Positions 19,493 to 30,527 are shown, numbered from the stretch's first letter. The stretch: 64,000 nucleotides of DNA from an uncultured delta proteobacterium (GCA_963775425.1 CAVZJB010000005.1:704001-768000); one strand, 5' to 3'. Numbers and translations are program-made. The notes: generated by a model from the letters alone, not told the origin.

Positions 19493-20797
19493 TCAGGCCA
19501 TGCGCTTGGCGTCCGAGGGACAGTTCGGGTGCTGCTTGATGAGCGTGCGCAGGTGTTGCTGCCGCTTGACCACCGGCTGCCGCATCAGGTGCGCGAGCAC
19601 CGGCGGCGGCGTGGCGCCGAAGCGCGCGAGGTTCTGGATGAGCAGCGTCGACGTGTAGGTCTTCTGGCACAACAGCGACGTGGTCTGGCTGTCGAAGGGC
19701 AGGCCGGTGAGCTGCTGCAGGCAACGCCCCTCCGTGGTGAACACCAGCCCGGCGCGCTCCTCGCCGTCGGAGGTGGACCACTTGCTGCGCAACACGTAGC
19801 GCGACTTCTGCCGGTTCCGCTCGGGGATCTCGCGGTTGATGGTGACCTTGTAGACCTCGGCGAGGCGCTTGCTCTGCAACAGCCGCTTGAGCTGCGGCTC
19901 CTGCAACATGGTGTTTTGGAGGAGGAAGCGCTGTACCTGCAGGTCCCGGAAGAACTCGGCTCGCGCGATGATGACGTCGAGGCCCTGCGGCGTGCGGTGG
20001 TGCCGCGCGACCATGCGCGCGTGCGCCATGCCCGCGCGTGAGTTGTCGAAGATGCCGCGGATGACGGCGGGCAGGGGATCGAAGCACAGCGCCATCAACT
20101 GCGGGTCCTGGCCCGAGTGCGCCATGGCTTCCCGCTCCGGCGCCTCGAGCTTGCTGAGCGTCTCGTTGAAGAGCTTGCGGTAGTTGGCCTCCTCGGCCTC
20201 GCCCTTGCCGTCCGGGCTCTTGTCGTCGTCGCTCTTGCCGTCCCCGCTGTTGTCGTCCCCGCTGTTGTCGGGGCGGTCTTCGTCGTCGGTGGCGTGCGCG
20301 CGGTGCGGGCGCTCCGGCTCCTCCGGCGCGTCAATCTGTGCCTCGGGGGCGTCGGGCAGCGCGACGTCGGCCGGCACCGAGGCCAGCGCAGCGGGCGGCT
20401 CCATCTCCTCGGTGGCGCCGCCGCCGATGTCGTCGTCGCCGTCGATGGTGTTGTCCGCGAGGATGGCGCGGAGCTCCTCCGGGCTGATCTCGTCGATCTC
20501 GGTGACCGAGGACCCGCCGCCGCCGCGGTGCTGCGGCTCGGGTGGCTGCGGCGGGCGCGCGGCGCGCGCGGGGCCCACCGACGGCGGCGGCTCCGCCGCG
20601 GCAGCCTCGATGGCGCCCTGGCGCACGAGCTTGTGGACGATCTGCTTGACCCGCCCCTCAGGCAGGCCGGTGACGTGCGCGAGGTTGGTGACGGACGTGA
20701 AGCCGTCGATGCGCGAGAGCACGAACCCCTCTTCGCCGGTGAGGTTCAAATCCTCCGTCTTGGCGTCTGGCTTCGGCTTCGGCTTCCACTCGGTCAC
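19493..20797 (-). CDS. Myxobacterial-type hypothetical protein (N-terminal wHTH-like module, acidic linker, helical-repeat C-domain)
   Basis: LTGEEGFVLSRIDG..LVRQGAI motif; D/E/P-rich linker; TAAGCT 7 nt before GTG; typical codon usage. Confidence 0.8.
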   Translation of the reverse strand: MTEWKPKPKPDAKTEDLNLTGEEGFVLSRIDGFTSVTNLAHVTGLPEGRVKQIVHKLVRQGAIEAAAAEPPPSVGPARAARPPQPPEPQHRGGGGSSVTEIDEISPEELRAILADNTIDGDDDIGGGATEEMEPPAALASVPADVALPDAPEAQIDAPEEPERPHRAHATDDEDRPDNSGDDNSGDGKSDDDKSPDGKGEAEEANYRKLFNETLSKLEAPEREAMAHSGQDPQLMALCFDPLPAVIRGIFDNSRAGMAHARMVARHHRTPQGLDVIIARAEFFRDLQVQRFLLQNTMLQEPQLKRLLQSKRLAEVYKVTINREIPERNRQKSRYVLRSKWSTSDGEERAGLVFTTEGRCLQQLTGLPFDSQTTSLLCQKTYTSTLLIQNLARFGATPPPVLAHLMRQPVVKRQQHLRTLIKQHPNCPSDAKRMA

Positions 20798-20899
20798 GCG
20801 CCCCAGCTTACCGCCGACGCCGGTGTGTGTGGAATCGTGAGACGTTCATGGGACAGGGATCACGCTCGTTTGCAGGACCCGGGCTGGTACCTTGATCGC

Positions 20900-22159
20900 A
20901 TGCTGCTGTCTCGACTGCGCGCCCTCCGCATCCCGCGTCCCGTCGGTGTCCGCCTGCGCCAGGCAGCCGCCGTCACGCTCCCGGTGGCGGCCGTGGCCGC
21001 CGCCCTCTCCCTGAGCAACGCGACGGGACAGCGCTTCTTTCCGCCGGATCCGCCCACGCCGTCGCCGTACATCATCGCCCCCGCCGCCAACTCCGTGCCC
21101 GGCGCCTGCCAGGTGGGCGCGCTCGTCACCGACGGCGGCGCCGCCCGTGGCGACGTCCTCCTCCGCCTCGCGCGCGTCACCGCCGAGGGCAGCGCCGAGG
21201 TGTGGCAGGCCATCACCGACGGCACCGGCGTGCATCGCTTCCTCGATCTCCCGGCGGGCAGCTATCAGCTCACGGCGCTCACCGACAATCGCGCGCCCGC
21301 CGCCGCCGACTTCCGCTGCGGCGGTGACGACGGCCGCGCCTTCCTGACGCTCGACCTCGTGAGAGCCGACCACGTGTTGTCGGGGCGCGTGACGTCCAGC
21401 GGCGGCGCCCCCGCGCCCGGCGCCGAGATCGCCATCGGCCAGGACGTCGACGCGCGCACGTCGCTGGCAGGCACGGCGCGCATCCCCGTCGACCAGGACG
21501 GCTCGTTCCACGTGCGCATGGCGCCGGGCGACTACGTCGTCCTCGTGCAGGCGCCCAACCACGCGCCGCTCCTGCGCAAGCTGCACTTCGACGGCAGCGC
21601 GCCCGCCTCCGTCGCGCGCTTCACGCTGGTGCCCACCCCGCACGTGCGTGGCCGCGTCGTCGACGAAGACGGCGCTCCGCTGGCGGGCGCGCGCGTCTCG
21701 GTCGGCGGCATGTTCGACCCGACCCAGCGGGTGGCGAGCGTGACCACGGATGCGGACGGCACGTTCTCGCTCCCCGTCGCCGACGGCCAGGACGTCGACG
21801 TCACCGCCCACTCGGCGAAGGGCCTCGTGGCGCGCGTGTCGCTCGGCGTCGTCCACGGCGCGTACGGTCTCAGCGGCGTCAACGTCGTCGCCCGCGCCGG
21901 CCGCGCCGTCGAGGGCGTGGTGATGAAGCCCGACGGCTCCGCGTGGTCGTTCGGCGAGGTGCGCTACCGCGTCCGCGATCTCGGCCTCACCGGCGTCGAG
22001 AAGGCCGACGCCGACGGCCACTTCGTCGTCGACGGTATGCCCACGGACGCCGACGTCGAGGTCTGGGCCGAGGGCAACGCCAGCGGCGCGTGGGGGGCCC
22101 AGGTGGCCAGCCCGGGGAACAATCGTCTCGCGCTCGTGTACACCCCTCCCGCGTATTGA
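20900..22159 (+). CDS. Carboxypeptidase-regulatory-like (prealbumin-fold) repeat exported protein
   Basis: Repeated GRV.D..G.P..GA.V and TD.DG.F motifs; N-terminal hydrophobic helix; TACCTT 6 nt before ATG. Confidence 0.82.
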   Translation: MLLSRLRALRIPRPVGVRLRQAAAVTLPVAAVAAALSLSNATGQRFFPPDPPTPSPYIIAPAANSVPGACQVGALVTDGGAARGDVLLRLARVTAEGSAEVWQAITDGTGVHRFLDLPAGSYQLTALTDNRAPAAADFRCGGDDGRAFLTLDLVRADHVLSGRVTSSGGAPAPGAEIAIGQDVDARTSLAGTARIPVDQDGSFHVRMAPGDYVVLVQAPNHAPLLRKLHFDGSAPASVARFTLVPTPHVRGRVVDEDGAPLAGARVSVGGMFDPTQRVASVTTDADGTFSLPVADGQDVDVTAHSAKGLVARVSLGVVHGAYGLSGVNVVARAGRAVEGVVMKPDGSAWSFGEVRYRVRDLGLTGVEKADADGHFVVDGMPTDADVEVWAEGNASGAWGAQVASPGNNRLALVYTPPAY

Positions 22160-22233
22160 CGCAGCGCGCGCCCGACGCCGGGCGGTGACAGGGCCATGAC
22201 GGCACCCGGACCCGAGGTGCCTATTGTATCGAC

Positions 22234-23349
22234 ATGAGCACAACGAGAGTCCGCTTCACCGGCGGTTCGCCGTTCCTCGCAGACGTGCGCCAACGGGTCG
22301 ACGCGCACTTCGAGCGGAGCGGACTCGCGACCACCGCCGACGGCGCCATGCGCCGAAAGACCGTCGTGTGGCTCGGGCTCGCGGTTTCGCTCTTCGTCGT
22401 CGCCGCCGGCGCGCTCGTGCCGTTTCCGTTCTCGCTCCTGGTGTGGTCGGCGCTCGGCTTCGTGCTCGCGGGGATCGGCTTCAACATCGGCCACGACGCC
22501 ATCCACGGCAGCTACTCGAAGACGCCCTGGGTGAACCGCGTGCTCGCGCGCACCTTCGACGTCATGGGCGCGTCGGCGGACACCTGGGAGGTGTCGCACA
22601 ACCAGGTGCACCACAGCTTCACCAACATCAAAGGGCTGGACGCCGACCTCGAGCCCGGGCCCTTCATGCGCTTTTATCCGCAGGCGACGCCGCCGGCGTT
22701 CGTGCATCGCTTCCAGCACCTGTACGCGTGGCTCCTGTACGGGCTCACCGGCGTCGTGTGGGTCTTCAAGAAGGACTTCGCGCAGCTCCGCTCCCAGGAG
22801 CGCTCCCGCAAGGTGGCGCTCAAGGTGATCGCGGGGAAGCTCGCGCACTTCGGGATCTTCCTCGGCGTGCCCCTCCTCCTCGGCGCGCCGCTGTGGGTCG
22901 CGCTCGTCTCCTACGTGGTGATGCTGGCCACCGCGGGCGTCACCCTCGCCGTCGTCTTCCAGCTCGCCCACGTCGTCGAGGGCGTGTCGTTCCCGGAGGC
23001 GCCCGCCGACGGCGTCATGGACACGCCGTGGGCGGAAAACGAGATGCACACCACCGCGAATTTCGGCCGCACCGCGCTGACGACGTTCATCACCGGCGGC
23101 CTCGATCACCAGATCGAGCACCACCTGTTCCCACGCATCTGCCACATCCACTATCCGGCCATCGCGCCCATCGTCGAGGCATGCGCGCGTGACCACGGGT
23201 TGCCGTACACGCACAGCGGGAGCTTCCTGCAGGCGCTCTCGTCACACGCCCGCCTCCTGAAGCGACTCGGAGCGGGAGAAGATGTCTGCGCCGACGACGA
23301 GGCGCGACATCGGCCGGTGATGGCGGTTGACGACGCCAGCCTCGCGTGA
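22234..23349 (+). CDS. Membrane fatty acyl-CoA desaturase (linoleoyl-CoA desaturase-like)
   Basis: His boxes [19 protein letters not shown]; FQLAH; TM helices. Confidence 0.93.
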   Translation: MSTTRVRFTGGSPFLADVRQRVDAHFERSGLATTADGAMRRKTVVWLGLAVSLFVVAAGALVPFPFSLLVWSALGFVLAGIGFNIGHDAIHGSYSKTPWVNRVLARTFDVMGASADTWEVSHNQVHHSFTNIKGLDADLEPGPFMRFYPQATPPAFVHRFQHLYAWLLYGLTGVVWVFKKDFAQLRSQERSRKVALKVIAGKLAHFGIFLGVPLLLGAPLWVALVSYVVMLATAGVTLAVVFQLAHVVEGVSFPEAPADGVMDTPWAENEMHTTANFGRTALTTFITGGLDHQIEHHLFPRICHIHYPAIAPIVEACARDHGLPYTHSGSFLQALSSHARLLKRLGAGEDVCADDEARHRPVMAVDDASLA

Positions 23350-23363
23350 AACGTCGAAGATCC

Positions 23364-24992
23364 ATGGCGCCTCGAAAAACGAAGCTCATCTTCATCACAG
23401 GCGGCGTGGTCAGCTCATTGGGGAAGGGAATCACCGCGTCGTCCCTGGGCGCGCTTCTCGAGAACCGTGGCCTCGACATCAGCATCCTGAAGCTCGACCC
23501 GTACCTCAACGTGGATCCGGGCACCATGAGCCCGTTTCAGCACGGCGAGGTGTTCGTCACCGACGACGGCGCCGAGACGGACCTCGACCTGGGGCACTAC
23601 GAGCGCTTCACCCAGGCCACGCTGAGCAAGCTCAATTCGGTGAGCGCCGGGCAGATCTACTCGCGCGTCCTCGAGGCCGAGCGGCGCGGCGACTACCTCG
23701 GCAAGACCGTCCAGGTGATCCCCCACGTCACCGACGAGATCAAGCGCGCCATCAAGGCCTGCGCGAGCGCGGCCGGCCGCGGCGGACACGATCTGTTGAT
23801 CGTGGAGATCGGCGGCACCGTCGGCGACATCGAGTCGCTCCCGTTCCTCGAGGCGGTGCGCCAGATCAAGGCCGAAGAGGGCGCCGACAACGCCATCGCC
23901 ATCCACGTCAGCTACGTCCCCTTCATCAAGAGCGCCGGCGAGCTCAAGTCCAAGCCGACGCAGCACTCGGTGAAGGAGCTGCTCTCCATCGGCATCCAGC
24001 CCGACGTGCTCGTGCTGCGCAGCGACATCGCCGTCCCCCGCGACATGAAGCAGAAGATCGCCCTGTTCTGCAACGTGCCCGTGGAGGCGGTGGTGTCGTG
24101 CCCGGACCTCGAGACCATCTACGAGGTCCCGCTCTATCTCCGCAAAGAGGGGCTCGACGATCAGGTCACCGAGCTCCTGAACATCTGGAGCCGCGCCCCG
24201 CGCCTCGAGCGCTGGGAGAAGATCGTCGAGGCGTTCAAGGAGCCCAAGCACGAGGTCACCATCGGCATCGTCGGCAAGTACGTGGACTTGAAGGAGAGCT
24301 ACAAGTCCATCAACGAGGCCATGGTCCACGCCGGCATCGCCCACCGCACCAAGGTGGTGCTCAAGCACATCGACGCCGAGGAGATCGAGGTCAAGGGACC
24401 CGACCAGGCCCTGGCCGGCTGCCACGGCATCCTCGTCCCCGGCGGCTTCGGCGAGCGCGGCACCCAGGGGAAGATCGCGGCGGTGAAGTACGCGCGCGAG
24501 AGGAAGGTGCCCTTCTTCGGCATCTGCCTCGGGCTGCAGATCGCCGTCATCGAGTTCGCGCGCCACGTCGCCGGCATCCCCGACGCCACGTCCGAGGAGA
24601 TCTCACCCGACGCCGACAACAAGGTGATCCACATGATGGAGCACCAAAAGGGCATCCAACGCAAAGGCGGCTCCATGCGCCTCGGCGCCTATCCGTGCGC
24701 GCTCAAGGCCGGGTCGCTCGCGCGCCGGGTCTACGGTGTCGACGAGGTCAACGAGCGCCACCGGCATCGCTTCGAGGTGAACAACGCCTTCCGCGGGCAG
24801 CTCCAGGACTGCGGCATGGTGTTCTCCGGCCTCTCGCCCGACGGCAACCTCGTCGAGATGATCGAGGTCCCGAACCACCCCTTCTTCATCGGCTGCCAAT
24901 TCCACCCGGAATTCCTCTCGCGGCCCTACAAGCCCCACCCGCTGTTCGCCTCCCTCGTCGAGGCCGCGCTGCGGAACAAAGGCCTGCGCTGA
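23364..24992 (+). CDS. pyrG: CTP synthase
   Basis: [56 protein letters not shown]. Confidence 0.98.
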   Translation: MAPRKTKLIFITGGVVSSLGKGITASSLGALLENRGLDISILKLDPYLNVDPGTMSPFQHGEVFVTDDGAETDLDLGHYERFTQATLSKLNSVSAGQIYSRVLEAERRGDYLGKTVQVIPHVTDEIKRAIKACASAAGRGGHDLLIVEIGGTVGDIESLPFLEAVRQIKAEEGADNAIAIHVSYVPFIKSAGELKSKPTQHSVKELLSIGIQPDVLVLRSDIAVPRDMKQKIALFCNVPVEAVVSCPDLETIYEVPLYLRKEGLDDQVTELLNIWSRAPRLERWEKIVEAFKEPKHEVTIGIVGKYVDLKESYKSINEAMVHAGIAHRTKVVLKHIDAEEIEVKGPDQALAGCHGILVPGGFGERGTQGKIAAVKYARERKVPFFGICLGLQIAVIEFARHVAGIPDATSEEISPDADNKVIHMMEHQKGIQRKGGSMRLGAYPCALKAGSLARRVYGVDEVNERHRHRFEVNNAFRGQLQDCGMVFSGLSPDGNLVEMIEVPNHPFFIGCQFHPEFLSRPYKPHPLFASLVEAALRNKGLR

Positions 24993-25336
24993 AAGGCTGA
25001 CGAAAGAAAAGGCTCGTAGCAGCACTCGGCGAAGCCGCCGACAAGGTGGCTCGCCGCGCGGAGTACGTGGCGAGGCACGTCGGCGCGCAAGAAGAACCGC
25101 TGCAGGTTGTGAGGTGGCTCGGATCAACGGTCCATCCCTCGTCGCCACTCGCGGCGCTCTCGATGACGCGGATCCCGATGGGCGTTCCGCGCCCCCTCGT
25201 GGGTCGTCGACGGAGCCGTCGTCGCGCGGGCGGCATCGCACCGATCGTGTGCGGTTTGACCCGCCGGTTGTGCGGCGCCGGCGGCGCGGTCGCACGGGCG
25301 AATGGGGCGAAGGGGCACGGGGCCTCTTCGGGCACG

Positions 25337-25353
25337 TGGGCACGCGCTTCGCA
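25337..25353 (+). promoter_or_regulatory. Putative sigma54 (-24/-12) promoter of the ABC exporter operon
   Basis: TGGGCACGCGCTTCGCA: GG (25339-40), 10 nt, GC (25351-52), with GGCACG core. Confidence 0.45.
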
Positions 25354-25365
25354 GGAATGCCGTTC

Positions 25366-26349
25366 ATGAAGCGCGTGAAGCGGGCCGTGCTCGGCGTCCT
25401 GGTCCTGACGATCCTCTCGGCGGTGGCGGTGCTGGTGTGGCAGCGGGTGCTCCGCGCGCGCGCGCCCGACGAGTCCGTGCATGGCTCCGGGAGCATCGAG
25501 GCCACCGAGGTCGTCGTCGCGCCCAAGGTGAGCGCGCGGATCGCGACCCTCGGGGCGGACGAGGGCGACCACGTCAAAGCCGGCCAGCGCCTCGCGACGC
25601 TCGAGTGCGACACGATGCGCGTGGCGCTCAAGCAGGCGCGGGCACAGGTGCAGGCGGCGGACGCGATGAAGAACGAAGCGCTCGCGCGCCAGCGCCAGGC
25701 ACAGGACGCCGACGCGCCGCTCCTCGTGCAATACGACCTCGCCAAGCGGGAGCATGCGCGCGCCGCGAAGCTCTTCGCGTCCGGGGGGATCACCCGCTCG
25801 GCGCTCGACGAGGCCACCACGCATGACGAGGCGCTCAAGGCGCAGCTCGATCAGACCGGGCGCGCCGTCAGCGTCGCCCGCGCCGGCGTGCGCGTGGCCG
25901 CGTCGCAGGTGGACCTCGCCCGGACCGCCGTGGACCAGACGGAGGCGCAGCTCGAGGAGTGCTTCATCGACGCCCCCATGACCGGCGTGGTCATGCGCCG
26001 CGTGCACGAGGTGGGGGAGCTCGTCCTCCCCGGCTCCACGCTCTTTCGCATCGGCGACCTCGCCGACATCTACACGTGGATCTACGTGCCCAACGAGGAC
26101 GTCGGCCGCGTGAAGCTCGGGCAGGACGTCGACGTCGTCGCCGACACCTACCCCGGCCGCACCTTCCGCGGCCGCGTGGTGCGCATCAACGAGGAGGCCG
26201 AGTTCACGCCCAAGTCGATCCAGACGCGCAAGGACCGGACGCGCCTGGTGTTCGGCGTGAAGGTCTCCGTCGACAACCGGGACGGCGCGCTGCTGCCGGG
26301 CATGCCGGTGGAGGCGACCATCCACGCCGAGCCTCCGGGCTCGAGGTGA
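25366..26349 (+). CDS. HlyD-family periplasmic adaptor (YbhG-like)
   Basis: N-terminal TM; SGSIEA.EV; EGD.VKAGQ; EAEFTPKSIQT; LLPGMP. Confidence 0.92.
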   Translation: MKRVKRAVLGVLVLTILSAVAVLVWQRVLRARAPDESVHGSGSIEATEVVVAPKVSARIATLGADEGDHVKAGQRLATLECDTMRVALKQARAQVQAADAMKNEALARQRQAQDADAPLLVQYDLAKREHARAAKLFASGGITRSALDEATTHDEALKAQLDQTGRAVSVARAGVRVAASQVDLARTAVDQTEAQLEECFIDAPMTGVVMRRVHEVGELVLPGSTLFRIGDLADIYTWIYVPNEDVGRVKLGQDVDVVADTYPGRTFRGRVVRINEEAEFTPKSIQTRKDRTRLVFGVKVSVDNRDGALLPGMPVEATIHAEPPGSR

Positions 26350-26352
26350 CCC

Positions 26353-27462
26353 GTGGAGGTCCTCGCGCTCAGTGACGTCGTCAAGCGCTTCGGCGACCGC
26401 GCCGTCGTGGGCGGGGTCTCGCTCGACGTCGGCGAGGGCGAGGTGGTCGGGCTCATCGGGCCCGACGGCGCCGGCAAGACGACCACCATGCGCCTCGCGG
26501 CAGGGTTGAGCACGCCTTCGTCGGGGACCGTGACGATCCTCGGCGAGGCGCTCGACGACGACGACGGCCACGCAGGCTTGTTCGCCGCGTTTCGTCGAGG
26601 ACGGACCGTGCGGGGGCGCCTCGGCTATATGCCGCAGAGCTTCAGCCTCTACTCCGACCTCTCGGTGCAGGAGAACCTGCGTTTCTTCGGCGGCATGTAC
26701 GGCGTGCGGAAGGCGGTGATGCGCGAGCGGGAGAAGCGCCTGCTCGGCATCGCGCGGCTCGAGGACTTCCGCGACCGCCCGGCGGGCGCGCTCTCCGGCG
26801 GCATGTACAAGAAGCTCGCGCTTTCGTGCGCGCTCATCCACGAGCCGCGGCTGCTCCTGCTCGACGAGCCGACCAACGGCGTCGATCCCATCAGCCGGCG
26901 GGAGCTGTGGGCGTTCCTCAAGGAGCAGGTCGGTGGCGGCGTCGGCGTCCTGTACTCGACGCCCTACATGGACGAGGCCGCGCGTTGCGATCGCGTGGGC
27001 CTGCTCGTCGAGGGACACCTGGTGGCGCTCGATACGCCCGCGGCCCTCACCGCGCGCTTCGACGCCACGGTCTTCGAGATCGTCCTGGTGGCCGGTCCCG
27101 GCGCGGGCTCCGAAGGAGCCGCGGCCCCCGTCGCCGGGGACGGCGCAGCGGGCGCGTCTTCGGCGACGACCCCGGCGGAGCCGGAGGAGCGCCCGGGTCA
27201 TCGCCGGGGGCCGTCGGTGCCGGCGGCGCTGCTCGCGGCGCCGGGCGTCGACGAGGTCTACACCGTGGGGCGCAAGCTCCACGTCGTCACCCGGCGCGGG
27301 CCCGCGTTCAGGGACGCCATCGAGGCGGCGCTGGCCTCCGTGGGGGCGCACGCAGCGTCCGTCGAGGTGGTGCCGCCCACGTTCGAGGACGTCTTCCTCC
27401 ATCTGACGGCGCACGTCGACGAGGCCGCAGGCGACGCGGACGGAGGTGCGCATGGCCACTGA
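26353..27462 (+). CDS. ABC transporter ATPase (resembles N-terminal NBD of YbhF)
   Basis: GPDGAGKTT, LSGGM, LLLLDEPT.GVDP, STPYMDE. Confidence 0.92.
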   Translation: MEVLALSDVVKRFGDRAVVGGVSLDVGEGEVVGLIGPDGAGKTTTMRLAAGLSTPSSGTVTILGEALDDDDGHAGLFAAFRRGRTVRGRLGYMPQSFSLYSDLSVQENLRFFGGMYGVRKAVMREREKRLLGIARLEDFRDRPAGALSGGMYKKLALSCALIHEPRLLLLDEPTNGVDPISRRELWAFLKEQVGGGVGVLYSTPYMDEAARCDRVGLLVEGHLVALDTPAALTARFDATVFEIVLVAGPGAGSEGAAAPVAGDGAAGASSATTPAEPEERPGHRRGPSVPAALLAAPGVDEVYTVGRKLHVVTRRGPAFRDAIEAALASVGAHAASVEVVPPTFEDVFLHLTAHVDEAAGDADGGAHGH

Positions 27463-28249
27463 GGGCGAGGACCTCGTCATCGACGTCGATGGGCTCACGC
27501 GCACGTTCGGCGACTTCCGCGCCGTCGACGCCATCTCGTTCTCCGTCAAGCGCGGTGAGGTGTTCGGCTTCCTCGGCGCCAACGGCGCCGGCAAGTCCAC
27601 CACCATCCGCATGCTGTGCGGGCTCCTCGCGCCCACCGGCGGCGCGGGCCGCGTCCTCCACTACGACATCCTGCGCGAGTGGGAGCGCGTGAAGCCGCAC
27701 GTCGGCTACATGTCCCAGAAGTTCTCGCTGTATCCCGACCTCACCGTCTCCGAGAACCTCGACTTCTTCGGCGGCATCCACGGCCTGTCCGGAAAGACGC
27801 TCGCGCGGCGCCGCGCCTGGGCCGTCGCGATGAGCGGCCTGCAGGGGCACGAGAGGGACATCACCGCGTCCCTCGCCGCAGCCTTCAAGCAGCGCCTGGC
27901 CCTCGGCGCCGCCCTCCTGCACGAGCCCGTGCTGCTGTTCCTCGACGAGCCCACCGCCGGCGTGGCGCCGCTCGCCCGTCGCGCGTTCTGGGACCTCATC
28001 CACGACCTCGCCGCCGAGGGCACCACCATCTTCGTCACCAGCCACTACATGGACGAGGTCGAGCAGTGTGATCGCATCGCGCTGATGCACCGCGGCCGCA
28101 TCGAGGCCCTGGACACGCCCGCGCGCCTCAAGCGCGATCCGCGCGTCCCCAAGGGCGCCGGCGAGCCGTCCCTCGAGGACGTCTTCGTCGCCGTGCTCGG
28201 CAGCGCCGACGCCCGGCGTGCCGCCGCCGGCGAAGGAGGCGCGCGATGA
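27452..28249 (+). CDS. ABC transporter ATPase (resembles C-terminal NBD of YbhF)
   Basis: GGAGG SD; GANGAGKST, YMSQKFSLY, degenerate signature LAAAFKQR, FLDEPT, SHYMDE. Confidence 0.92.
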   Translation: MATEGEDLVIDVDGLTRTFGDFRAVDAISFSVKRGEVFGFLGANGAGKSTTIRMLCGLLAPTGGAGRVLHYDILREWERVKPHVGYMSQKFSLYPDLTVSENLDFFGGIHGLSGKTLARRRAWAVAMSGLQGHERDITASLAAAFKQRLALGAALLHEPVLLFLDEPTAGVAPLARRAFWDLIHDLAAEGTTIFVTSHYMDEVEQCDRIALMHRGRIEALDTPARLKRDPRVPKGAGEPSLEDVFVAVLGSADARRAAAGEGGAR

Positions 28250-29385
28250 TTCGCAGGATCGGCCTCATGGCGTGGAAGGAGACCCGGCACATCCTGCGCG
28301 ACGTGAGCACGCTCTACATGGCGTTCGGCGTGCCGCTCGTGCTCCTCGCGCTCTTCGGCTACGCGCTCACGCTCGACGTCGAGCACATCGCCATGGTCGT
28401 CGTCGACGACGACCACACCGCCGAGTCGCGCGACCTCGTCGGCCGCTTTGAGCGCACCGGCTTCTTCGACGTGGTGGGCCGCCCCGACGACCCTGCCGCC
28501 GTCCTCGGGGCCTTCCGGCGCGGAGACGCCCGCGCGGCGCTCTTCGTGCCCCGCGGCACCGCCCGCGCCCTCGACCGCGGGGAGCGCGCCCACGTGCAGC
28601 TCGTCGTCGACGGCACCAACGCCAACGTCGCCTCCATCGCCATCGCCTACGGCGAAGCGGCGGGCGAGGTGATGTCCCTCGACGTCGACCTTCAGACGCT
28701 CGACCGGCTCGGTATCGCCGGCGGGCAACGCATCGGCCCGCCGCTCAACGTCACCAGCCGCAACTGGTTCAACCCCGACCTGCGCTCGCAGTGGTACCTC
28801 GTGCCCGGCCTGGTCGCCGTCATCATGGCGATGATGAGCGCCATCCTCATGGCCCTCACCGTGGCGCGCGAGTGGGAGCGCGGGACCATGGAGCAGCTCC
28901 TCGTCACGCCCGCGCGGCCCATCGAGATCCTCCTCGGCAAGCTCATCCCGTACTTCGTCATCGGGCTCGGCCAGCTCACCCTCGTGGCCGGCGCCGGCGT
29001 CTTGCTGTTCGGCGTCCCCATCGCCGGCAGCCTCGCGCTTCTCTACGGGCTGTCGTCGCTGTTCCTCGTGGGCGCGCTCGGGCAGGGCCTCCTCATCTCG
29101 GTGATCACGCGGCAGCAGCAGCTCGCGATGCAGATCTCGCTCATCACCTCGCTCCTGCCCGCCATCCTCCTGTCGGGCTTCATGGCGCCGGTGAGCTCGA
29201 TGCCCGAGGTCCTGCAGTGGCTCTCGCGGATCATCCCCGCGCGCTATCTCCTCGTCGTCACGCGCACGCTCTTCCTCAAGGGCAGCGGCCTGTCCACGCT
29301 GTGGCCACAGGCGGTGGCGCTCCTGGTGTTCGCCACCGTCGTGATGTTCCTCGGCGTCACCCGCATGAAGACGAGGCTCGACTGA
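28246..29385 (+). CDS. ABC-2 type permease (YbhS-like)
   Basis: KE..HI.RD, WFNP, AREWERGTMEQL..TP, GKLIPY; six TM segments. Confidence 0.92.
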   Translation: MIRRIGLMAWKETRHILRDVSTLYMAFGVPLVLLALFGYALTLDVEHIAMVVVDDDHTAESRDLVGRFERTGFFDVVGRPDDPAAVLGAFRRGDARAALFVPRGTARALDRGERAHVQLVVDGTNANVASIAIAYGEAAGEVMSLDVDLQTLDRLGIAGGQRIGPPLNVTSRNWFNPDLRSQWYLVPGLVAVIMAMMSAILMALTVAREWERGTMEQLLVTPARPIEILLGKLIPYFVIGLGQLTLVAGAGVLLFGVPIAGSLALLYGLSSLFLVGALGQGLLISVITRQQQLAMQISLITSLLPAILLSGFMAPVSSMPEVLQWLSRIIPARYLLVVTRTLFLKGSGLSTLWPQAVALLVFATVVMFLGVTRMKTRLD

Positions 29386-30527
29386 TGGCGTCCGCGATCC
29401 CGCACCTGATGAAGAAGGAGCTCATCCAGACGCGGCGGGACAAGCGCATGCTCATGATCCTGCTGGTGGCGCCGGTGCTCCAGGTGATCGTGTTCGGCTT
29501 CGCCGTGAACCTCGACCTCAAGGGCCAGCCCATCGTCATCGGCGACCGCGACATGAGCGAGCAGAGCCGCTCGCTCGTCGACGCGCTCGCGGCGGACGAC
29601 AGCTTCCACATCGTCGGCGACACCGTGTCGCACGACGCCGCGGAGGACGCCGTGCTCAGCGGCGAGGCCGTCATGGCGCTCCTCATCCCGCGCGACTTCT
29701 CCCGGGACCTCGACCGCGGCAACGGCAGCGTGATGCTGGTGGTGGACGGCTCGGACTCGAACACGGCGCTGCGCGCGGAGCAGGAGGCGACCTCCATCCT
29801 CACGCGGCGCGCCGTTAGCCTCGAGCGCGCGCGGCTGAAGGATCTGCTCGCGGCGCGCGGCGTCGACATGGACGCCGTGGTCCCGGACTTCGGCGTCGTC
29901 ACGCGCGCGTGGTTCAACCCCGAGATGCGCACGGCCATCTTCCTGGTGCCTGCGGTGTTCGCGCTGGTGTTGATGGTGATCACCATGGTGCTCACGTCGA
30001 TGGGGCTCGTGCGTGAGAAGGAGATGGGCACGCTCGAGCAGATCATGGTGAGCCCCATCAAGCCCATCGAGCTCATGGCGGGAAAGACCCTGCCGTACGC
30101 GTTGCTCGGCCTCGTCGACGTCACCTTCGTGGTCATCGCCGCCGTGGTGATCTTCCATGTGCCCGTGCGTGGCAGCCTGCTGGAGCTCTACGTCGCGAGC
30201 GGGCTGTTCCTGCTCACCACGCTGGGCCTCGGGTTGTTCGTGTCGACGATCTCCAAGACGCAGCAGCAGGCGATGCTCACGGCGTTCTTCTTCCTTTTGC
30301 CCGCGTTGATGCTGTCGGGCTACGTGTTTCCCGTCGAGAACATGCCGGAGCCCGTCCAGTGGCTCACGGTGGTGAACCCGCTCCGCTACTACATCGAGCT
30401 GACGCGCGGGATCATGGTGAAGGGCGCCGACCTCCACGATCTGTGGCGACAGGCGCTCTCCCTCCTCGGCCTCGGCGCCGCCGTGCTCGTCGGTGCGGCG
30501 TCGCTGTTCCGCAAACGCCTCGCGTGA
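29385..30527 (+). CDS. ABC-2 type permease (YbhR-like)
   Basis: TGATG coupling; KE.IQ.RRD, WFNP, REKEMGTLEQ, LSGYVFPVENMP. Confidence 0.92.
   Translation: MASAIPHLMKKELIQTRRDKRMLMILLVAPVLQVIVFGFAVNLDLKGQPIVIGDRDMSEQSRSLVDALAADDSFHIVGDTVSHDAAEDAVLSGEAVMALLIPRDFSRDLDRGNGSVMLVVDGSDSNTALRAEQEATSILTRRAVSLERARLKDLLAARGVDMDAVVPDFGVVTRAWFNPEMRTAIFLVPAVFALVLMVITMVLTSMGLVREKEMGTLEQIMVSPIKPIELMAGKTLPYALLGLVDVTFVVIAAVVIFHVPVRGSLLELYVASGLFLLTTLGLGLFVSTISKTQQQAMLTAFFFLLPALMLSGYVFPVENMPEPVQWLTVVNPLRYYIELTRGIMVKGADLHDLWRQALSLLGLGAAVLVGAASLFRKRLA

Noticed and set aside
25046-25369. ORF 25046-25369 and the N-terminal extension of the HlyD ORF from 25114
   Set aside because: Atypical codon usage and no motifs; the HlyD-like sequence starts at the TM near 25366
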